A DNA stretch of 64,000 nucleotides from Bradymonadia bacterium. Lineage in GTDB: Bacteria > Myxococcota_A > Bradymonadia > UBA7976 > UBA1532. Each line of letters opens with the position of its first letter. Within the stretch, counting starts at the first letter, position 1. Below, piece by piece: positions 57,225 to 64,000 of the stretch. The position numbers were made by a program, and so were the translations under genes. The notes below the pieces were generated by a model. That model saw only the letters and a list, made by a program, of their open reading frames with translations, ran no database searches and was not told the DNA's origin. The stretch spans positions 1 to 64,000 of the forward strand of contig JBKAGE010000052.1 in the NCBI GenBank assembly GCA_046290225.1, written 5' to 3'.

Positions 57225-58134
57225 GGACGACATCGAGCATCTACTGGCCTTCAGAGACGTGGTGGAGTGTGGTGGTTTTGCCCGGGCGGCTCGGCGCCGT
57301 GGCACCGCACACTCCACCATCAGCAGGCAGGTCCGCGAGCTGGAAGCCCGCCTCGGGGTGCCGCTCATGACCCGCACCACGCGGAGCAGGCATCTGACCG
57401 CAGCGGGAGAGCTGGTCTTTCGTCACAGCAAGGCCATCGGTGATCAGCTCTCGGAGATGCTCAACGCCCTGGAGCAGACAGAGCAGAACATCGAAGGGGT
57501 GCTGCGGGTGAGCGCCCTGGTGCACGTGGGCGCCGCACTGGTGATGCCTGCGGTGGAACGCTTCACCGCGGCCCACGAGCGGGTGGAGGTGCAGCTCGAG
57601 TTCCACGATGGCCCCTTGGAGTTTCACAAACGGGGCCTCGATCTGGCGCTCACGGTGGGGCTGCCTCAGTCATCTCAGCTGGTCGTGAAGAAGCTCTGCG
57701 ACAATCCGGTGGTGCTGGTGGCTGCGCCCTCCCTCGTGAGACGTGCCGAGGCTGCTCTGGGGGCCCTGCAACATCCGTCGGGGCTGCACGACTGGCCCCT
57801 GGTGGCGTACCGAAACGGCGAAGTGCAGGTGGTGGAATGGCCCTATGTCGACGGTGATGAGATTCGTACGCTCACGGTGAAGCCTGGGGTGACCGTGAGC
57901 GATGGGGTGTCGCTGCTCGACGCGGTCCGCCGAGGGGTAGGGGTTGGATACCTCTCCCGCTTCTCGGTCATCGATGCGCTGTCCAGCGGCGCCCTGGTGC
58001 AGCTGCTGCCCGAGGTGGCGTTGCCGGACTATGCCCCGGTCTATGTGGCCAGGGCAGATCTCGGGGTGGTCAGCCCCCGCGTGCGGGCATTCGAAGCATG
58101 CTTAGCCGAGGTGGCTGCCTCTCTCGAGGGCTGA
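57223..58134 (+). CDS. LysR-family transcriptional regulator (CrgA-like)
   Basis: GFARAA....STISRQVRELEARLGV.L..RTTR...LT.AG. Confidence 0.93.
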   Translation: MDDIEHLLAFRDVVECGGFARAARRRGTAHSTISRQVRELEARLGVPLMTRTTRSRHLTAAGELVFRHSKAIGDQLSEMLNALEQTEQNIEGVLRVSALVHVGAALVMPAVERFTAAHERVEVQLEFHDGPLEFHKRGLDLALTVGLPQSSQLVVKKLCDNPVVLVAAPSLVRRAEAALGALQHPSGLHDWPLVAYRNGEVQVVEWPYVDGDEIRTLTVKPGVTVSDGVSLLDAVRRGVGVGYLSRFSVIDALSSGALVQLLPEVALPDYAPVYVARADLGVVSPRVRAFEACLAEVAASLEG

Positions 58135-58163
58135 GCACAGCGAGTGTGCCCTGTGGCCAGGTT

Positions 58164-61100
58164 TCAGACGTTCAAGATCACCCGTAAGTCCGCCCAGGCC
58201 TCGCACCACACCCCTGGAGGCACTGCTGCGAGGTCCTGATCTGCAGGGGCCAGCTCGGCCCGGTGTACTGCGCAGCCTTCCAAGTGAGACTGACGCCCGT
58301 GCACCGAGCGGCCGTCGGTGGGGTGGAACCCGTCATGGCTGAAGGTGATGCGCCAGTGGTGACCGATGGGCCGCCAGGCCTCGTGGATCCAGCCTCCTGC
58401 TCGTGGGGTGCCGCGCAGGTAGCCCAGATCATCGAAGGCATTGAGCATCTCTCGTGTCTTGAGCGTGATGGTGGCCTGCACGGTGATGGCGGCGAGGGCC
58501 CCGCGGGCCCGGTCGAGGGTGGGGCGCTCCGGGAGCCCCCTCAAGCGGTTGAGCTGATCGAAGGCCGGCTTGATCTTGCTCGCCGCCAGGGCCCGCCGCC
58601 AGCGCGGCCGATCAGAGGGGTTGAAGGCGATGGGGTGGGGCAGCCCGATCTCCGCCGCTGTGGTGAGGCGTTCAGGATCGACGCGCCGACCCGCGACGTC
58701 GGTGGGCAGCCCGTCGGACCAGCGAAAATAGAGCGTGTCGTCGAGGCCGTGGGTGCAGAAAATGAGCCCCTCGACCACATCGCGCAGGGGGCCACCGGCG
58801 CCAAAGAGCGCCCAGGCCCGGGTAGGGGTCCAGCGGTGATCTGTGCACATCGCCTCTCTCAGGCGATCCACCGTGTCGCTGGCCTGTCCAGCAGGGATGT
58901 GCCCACCCTCGACGAGAGCGCGCTCACCGGGCTCTTCGAGGCTCAGGCTGGGGCTGGCCAGCTCGATCATCGCCTGTCGAGTGCGGACCCGGAGGCTACC
59001 TCGGCCGTGGCGGGCCCAGTGATCGAGCCAGAGCACCGCTGAGGGGGTGGGGTTCACTTGTAGAGCTTCGATGGCTCGAGCGGCGAAGTCGGCACTCTCT
59101 TCGTGGAGCAAGGTGTCGAGCTGGGCCCCAAGGGTTCCCTGGTGATCGTCGGTGCCCAGCATGCCGTGGAGCGCCAGGGTCCAGCGATGCTGGATGGAGG
59201 GTGGATAGGCCTGGAGTAATCCATGGCACATCGCTTGGAGAGCCGTCGGGTGCAGGTGAGGCGTCAGCGCCGTCAGCTCCCGGCTCAGAGACATGGGGTG
59301 CTCTTGTCGGGAGAGGGTGTGCAGCCACCAGCGCTGAGCATCCGGTGAGAGGGGGGTGTCGTCGATCCAGCACAACTGCGTGCCTTCTGGCGGCAGAGGC
59401 AGATCGACCGACGCCGCTGGGGCGCGCTCGGCGAGGGCGACGTCGAGGTGCTCTGGGGCCACGTCTTCGGGCCAGCCGCGGAGGAGGCGGCAGGCCATGA
59501 GGGCCGAAGCCGTGGCCTCTCGCCGGCGGGGATGGGTCTCCCGGGCGAGGGCGGCGGCGAGGGGATCGATCGACTCGGCGTCGGGCACTGCCCGCAGCAC
59601 CTCTGCGGCGACCTCGCGGGCGTCGGCGGCTTCCGAGAGCAGCGCGCGCACCTGGGGGAGTCCCGCCTCGCCCCAGGCGATGAGGCCTCGACGGGCCACC
59701 TCTCGGATGCCCACCGCTTTGTCCTGGGCCCCTTCGAGCAGGGCCATGGCGCCCTGGGCTGGGTATCGATCGGCGAGCCAGGCCAGCAGGCGCTTCTTGT
59801 CTGCAGGTGGATCACGGGTGAGCCACCATGTGAGGGCTTCGGCGAGGGCTTCTCCACCCACCCGAGGGGCCAGATCGTCCAACGTCTGCCCGACGGGCCA
59901 GCGGCGCCCGGGCAGGCGCACCGCGAGCTCGGCGGCGAGCCAGGGCGCCTCAGGGGCGTTCAGCTCACCGAGGCGGGCGCACAGCGCCGGCACCCCCACG
60001 GTGGGCGGCCACTGGATCGAGACCCCCTTCACCGTGACTCCTTGCCCGGAGGCTTGCTCCACGACGCGATCGAGCACCCAGGGCAGCGCCTGAAGGGCGT
60101 CGGCGGGCGCCGTGCCCGCGAGCAGCGCTTCGATGTGCTCGGTGCGCTCGTCCGGGGGCATCCGAGACAGTCCCCCGAGCCATCGGGCCCAACGATCGAA
60201 GTCGAGGTGAGCGCGGGCAGATCTCAGGGCGAGCAAACCCACGGGCTGCCGGTGTGGATCTGCGACCTCCTCGAGCAGAGAGGCGACCTCGCCATGATCT
60301 TCGCGGCTGAGGCGGCGCTCGGCCATTCGGGCGACCTCTGGGCTCCAGGGCAGGGCGCCGAGGGTCCGGGCCGCGGCGAGGCGTGTCTTCACCCGGCGGC
60401 TGTGCAGCAACGGGATCAGCGGGTCGAGGGCGTCGTCACCGAGGGCGATGAGGCCGCGACGGGCCACCTGCCTCACCCGATCAGAGGGGTCGAGCAATCG
60501 ACCCGCGAGGGCCCGGCCGCCCTCTTTAGTCTCGGCCTCAGCGAGGGCCTTCACCAGCAGCTGGCGATGAGGTGACTGCACCGCTCGACCACCGCGGCCC
60601 AGAGCTTCAGTGAGCGTGTCCACGGCTTTGGGCGCCAGCCGGGCCCAGGTACGGGTCACCGCTTTGGCGAGGCTCGGAGCGCCGTTGAGTGCCTCTCGGG
60701 GCCAGGAGAGGGTCTCGTCCAGCGCCGCGGAGATCACCGCCCCCGTGGGGCAGGTCCAGGTGTAGGGCCACATGAGTCGGGGCTGGCCGGTGACGAGGGC
60801 GCCGAAGTGAGCGCCGAGGACGAGGGGCTGACGGCGCTCGACGGGCAGGCTGGTGAGCAGGCGCTCCAGGGCCTCGATCACTCTGCCCATGCCCTCGGAG
60901 AGTCGATCGAACTGGGCGAGGGCTCGCTGCACGAGAGGATCGAACTTCGGATCGAGGGTCTCTGCGGAGAGGCGCCACAGACACAACACCGCCACCGCCG
61001 CGAGGCGGCCACCCTGGCCACCGTTGAGCCGCTCCGGATCGACGAGCAGCGCCTCTGCCTGGGCGTACATCAGTGGGGCGGCGGCCTCTGGCGACGCCAT

Positions 61101-61778
61101 GAGTGGCTCGTGAGCCCGGGTGATCTGGTCGTACCAGGCGGTCATGGCCAGGGCCACGGCGAGCTCTGGCTTGGGGTGCAGCAGATCTTTCTCTTTGAGC
61201 GCAGCCAGGGCGTGAAACAGTCGCCCCTCGGCGACTTCGGCCATCTTCTGAGCTTTACGGGCCACCTCGGGCTCTGGCCGATACCACACCGCCAGCACGG
61301 GGTGAGCGCCCACCCGACGGACCACCCGGCCCTGCTCGTAGATGACCTCCTCCGGGGGGCCGCCTTGAGGGTAGGCCGTCCAGCGGCCATTGGGGGTCCA
61401 CTGGTGGCCGCCGCCTTCAGAGACCAGCGTACAAGGGCCTTCCTCCATGACTCGCAAGCCGTCCGGGGCAAAGCGGCGGCGGTGTAGCGTACCGTCTGCT
61501 TGATGGATCTCCTCGCTCTCCCGGCGCCCGCTGGGTCGGTAGCGCACCCACGTGCCCGAGGGTCGGTTCGCCGTGAAGTGCCCTTCGACAGTGAGTCGAC
61601 CCTCGGCGTCCCAGGCCTTACACGGGCCGTCCTTCACTGGAGGGCTCTCTGGCAGGATCACGCACCCGAGGGCCGGGTGACGTTGCCCCGAGTCGTGCCA
61701 CCGCCACGCGATCTCCCGGCCGCCTGTGCAGGCCGCCTGAAGTTCATGGATTGCATTTCTTTGGTATTTTGTGCTCAT
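58164..61778 (-). CDS. MORN-like N-terminus + HEAT repeats + DUF4132-like C-terminus
   Basis: GTWVRYRPSG and NGRWTAY repeats; HEAT helices; RLREAM...RWT and IGLPHP...W......PAFDQLNR. Confidence 0.65.
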   Translation of the reverse strand: MSTKYQRNAIHELQAACTGGREIAWRWHDSGQRHPALGCVILPESPPVKDGPCKAWDAEGRLTVEGHFTANRPSGTWVRYRPSGRRESEEIHQADGTLHRRRFAPDGLRVMEEGPCTLVSEGGGHQWTPNGRWTAYPQGGPPEEVIYEQGRVVRRVGAHPVLAVWYRPEPEVARKAQKMAEVAEGRLFHALAALKEKDLLHPKPELAVALAMTAWYDQITRAHEPLMASPEAAAPLMYAQAEALLVDPERLNGGQGGRLAAVAVLCLWRLSAETLDPKFDPLVQRALAQFDRLSEGMGRVIEALERLLTSLPVERRQPLVLGAHFGALVTGQPRLMWPYTWTCPTGAVISAALDETLSWPREALNGAPSLAKAVTRTWARLAPKAVDTLTEALGRGGRAVQSPHRQLLVKALAEAETKEGGRALAGRLLDPSDRVRQVARRGLIALGDDALDPLIPLLHSRRVKTRLAAARTLGALPWSPEVARMAERRLSREDHGEVASLLEEVADPHRQPVGLLALRSARAHLDFDRWARWLGGLSRMPPDERTEHIEALLAGTAPADALQALPWVLDRVVEQASGQGVTVKGVSIQWPPTVGVPALCARLGELNAPEAPWLAAELAVRLPGRRWPVGQTLDDLAPRVGGEALAEALTWWLTRDPPADKKRLLAWLADRYPAQGAMALLEGAQDKAVGIREVARRGLIAWGEAGLPQVRALLSEAADAREVAAEVLRAVPDAESIDPLAAALARETHPRRREATASALMACRLLRGWPEDVAPEHLDVALAERAPAASVDLPLPPEGTQLCWIDDTPLSPDAQRWWLHTLSRQEHPMSLSRELTALTPHLHPTALQAMCHGLLQAYPPSIQHRWTLALHGMLGTDDHQGTLGAQLDTLLHEESADFAARAIEALQVNPTPSAVLWLDHWARHGRGSLRVRTRQAMIELASPSLSLEEPGERALVEGGHIPAGQASDTVDRLREAMCTDHRWTPTRAWALFGAGGPLRDVVEGLIFCTHGLDDTLYFRWSDGLPTDVAGRRVDPERLTTAAEIGLPHPIAFNPSDRPRWRRALAASKIKPAFDQLNRLRGLPERPTLDRARGALAAITVQATITLKTREMLNAFDDLGYLRGTPRAGGWIHEAWRPIGHHWRITFSHDGFHPTDGRSVHGRQSHLEGCAVHRAELAPADQDLAAVPPGVWCEAWADLRVILNV

Positions 61779-61848
61779 CTCCCGCGCTCGCTGACGCCGG
61801 CGAGGCTCATTGGAGAGAGCCGCGGCGTAGCTTGGGAGGAGGCATCAG

Positions 61849-64000
61849 ATGTTCACCAGAGTAAAGCGTTCATTGAGCGTGCTGTGTGTTGGCGCCCTGA
61901 TCACAGGCTGCGCCAGCTCTGACGACGAAGGCATCGCGCCGTCACCCGACGCCCGCGTACCGGTGCAGGATCGGGGGCTGCCGCCGCCTCCTCTGGCCGA
62001 CGCCATGCCGGTGATGCCCGACGCCGAGGCCCTCGACACCGAGATGCCCGACGCCGCGCTCCCCGACATGGAGATCCCCACGGGCTGCGCCGACGGGGAG
62101 ACACGGCCGTGCTACGAGGGCCCTGAGGGCACTGAAGGCGTGGGCGCTTGCGCTGCGGGCGTAGAGACGTGCGCGGACGGCGAGTGGGGTCGATGTGAAG
62201 GTCAGGTGCGACCTGCGCAGGTAGATGCCTGTGACGGCACCGATGAAGATTGCAACGGCCTGGTAGACGACAGCCCCGGTGTGGGCGCGGCGTGCAGCCT
62301 CGGCCAGGGCGCTTGCGCTGCCGAGGGCGCGCGCGCCTGTGATCCCGAGACTGGCGGTCTGCGCTGCGACGCCGGCGAGCCCGGCGAGCCCGCCGCGGAG
62401 ACCTGCAACGACATCGATGACGACTGCGACGGCACCGCCGACGAAGGCTTCGGCCTCGGCGCCCCCTGCATGCGCGGGGTGGGGGCCTGCGCCCGCGAAG
62501 GCGAGGTCGTGTGCGGGCCCGACGGTCTGCCAGTCTGTGGTGTAGATGTCGGGAACGAGGCCGAGGAGCTGTGCAACGGCCTGGACGATGACTGTGACGG
62601 CACCATCGACGAAGAGCCCGACGACGTGGGCGAGGCCTGCGACGTGCCCGGCGCTCAGGGGCTCTGCGTCACTGGCGAGACCACCTGCAGCGAGGGCAAC
62701 CTGATCTGTGAAGGCGCTGCTGCCATCGCGGAGGACTGCAATGGCCTCGACGATGACTGTGATGGTCGCGTCGATGAAGGCGTTGGCGGTGGCGCCCTGA
62801 CTGGTGATTGCTACGACGGCCCAGAAGGCACCCTCTGGGTCGGCGCGTGTCAGGGTGGCACCCGCACCTGCAATGGCGGCGTGTGGGGCCAGTGCAATGG
62901 CCAGCAGCTGCCCGCAGACGAGGTGTGTAACCGCATCGACGACGACTGTGATGGCGTGGTCGACGTGTTGCCCAACGACGAAGCCTGCGCCTGCCAGCCT
63001 GGCGAGGAGCGGGCCTGCTACTCCGGCCCCCAGGGCACTGCCGGCTGGGGCCAGTGTCGTCTCGGGGTGCAGCAGTGTCAGGGCGATGGCCGTGGCTTCG
63101 GCCCCTGCGAGGGCGAGGTCACCCCCGACGAGGAGACCTGCGGCAACGGCGACGAGGACTGCGACGGCAACATCGACGAGGTCGCGGGTGTCGGCGAGCC
63201 CTGTGAAGACGGTGTGGGCGCCTGTCGGCAGGAGGGCACGCAGATCTGTGGCCCCGGTGGCGCGCTCGTGTGCAGCGCCGAGGCCAACTCCGCCATGGGG
63301 GAGACCTGCAACAACATCGACGACGACTGTGATGGCCTCACCGACGAAGACACCCTCGACGCCGGTGCGGCCTGCACCGTCGGTGAGGGCGTGTGTGCTG
63401 CAGAGGGCGCCTTCATTTGCGTCGAGGGTGGTTTGCTGTGCACAGCTGTACCCGGTGAGCCCGGCGAGGAGACCTGCCAGGACGGCCTCGATGGTGACTG
63501 TGATGGTCAGGTGGACGAGGGTTGCCCCGATGAGCCCGGCCCCGATCCGGAGCCCGGCCCGGTCTGCGAAGATCCCACGATCCTCCCCGGCACTGTGGGC
63601 CTGCACGTCGCTGCAGGGACCAACACCGAGGCCACCGATGATCATCGGGGCAGCTGCAGCCGACAGGTGGGCGGCCGAGATCAGATCTTCGAGTTCAGCC
63701 TCGATCGTCTCCGGACGGTGCGCCTGCAGACCCGCCCGCAGGTTCAGGATCAGTACGACACGGTGATGTACCTGCGCTCGGACTGCGCCGACACCGAGAC
63801 CGAGATCGCCTGCAACGACGACGGTGGCGAGGGGCTGCTCTCCCTCGTGCAGGAGACCCTGGAGCCCGGTAGCTACACCGTGGTGGTGGACGGCTACCGC
63901 GAGACCTCCACCGGGGCCTTCACTCTGCAACTCGAGGTCGACCCCCATGACACCTGCGACGGCGCCATCGAGCTGGGGCCCCTCGGCGCCAACCCCATAG
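61849..64000 (+). CDS. Partial Cys/Asp-rich lipoprotein with ExCNGxDDDCDG (MopE-related) repeats and a PPC-like domain; runs off the right edge
   Basis: Read by hand, absent from the ORF track: GGAGGAGG RBS, MFTRVKRSLSVLCVGALITGC, repeated DDDCDG, DTVMYLRSDC...ACNDDG. Confidence 0.85.
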   Translation, partial: MFTRVKRSLSVLCVGALITGCASSDDEGIAPSPDARVPVQDRGLPPPPLADAMPVMPDAEALDTEMPDAALPDMEIPTGCADGETRPCYEGPEGTEGVGACAAGVETCADGEWGRCEGQVRPAQVDACDGTDEDCNGLVDDSPGVGAACSLGQGACAAEGARACDPETGGLRCDAGEPGEPAAETCNDIDDDCDGTADEGFGLGAPCMRGVGACAREGEVVCGPDGLPVCGVDVGNEAEELCNGLDDDCDGTIDEEPDDVGEACDVPGAQGLCVTGETTCSEGNLICEGAAAIAEDCNGLDDDCDGRVDEGVGGGALTGDCYDGPEGTLWVGACQGGTRTCNGGVWGQCNGQQLPADEVCNRIDDDCDGVVDVLPNDEACACQPGEERACYSGPQGTAGWGQCRLGVQQCQGDGRGFGPCEGEVTPDEETCGNGDEDCDGNIDEVAGVGEPCEDGVGACRQEGTQICGPGGALVCSAEANSAMGETCNNIDDDCDGLTDEDTLDAGAACTVGEGVCAAEGAFICVEGGLLCTAVPGEPGEETCQDGLDGDCDGQVDEGCPDEPGPDPEPGPVCEDPTILPGTVGLHVAAGTNTEATDDHRGSCSRQVGGRDQIFEFSLDRLRTVRLQTRPQVQDQYDTVMYLRSDCADTETEIACNDDGGEGLLSLVQETLEPGSYTVVVDGYRETSTGAFTLQLEVDPHDTCDGAIELGPLGANPI

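Overview
GC-rich bacterial DNA with Myxococcota-like hallmarks: Cys-rich lipoproteins, a MYXO-CTERM-like motif, a PEGA/TPR protein beside Ser/Thr kinases, and DDDCDG repeats. The flanks (about 1-16.9 kb and 50-64 kb) are mostly ordinary metabolism: ABC exporter, M17 aminopeptidase, PPK2, aconitase A, ALDH3, HAD, CBS, LysR and a multiheme cytochrome. The centre (about 17.0-49.5 kb) looks like a dispersed but co-regulated surface injection system. It contains a 1975-aa Cys-rich lipoprotein with a Tc-toxin TcA-like C-terminus, a 2056-aa signal-peptide-bearing TcB/TcC-like (SpvB/FG-GAP/RHS) fusion with an odd C-terminal cargo, three mosaic secreted tail-fibre-like proteins, and VWA, FG-GAP and Cys-rich lipoproteins. 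Six of these genes carry the same upstream motif, TGCGGG-N16-CGCATC. A TIGR02999/ECF43-type sigma factor and its kinase sit at the end of one motif-led gene run. No rRNA, tRNA or CRISPR array was seen. All family calls come from motifs recognised by eye, not from database searches.
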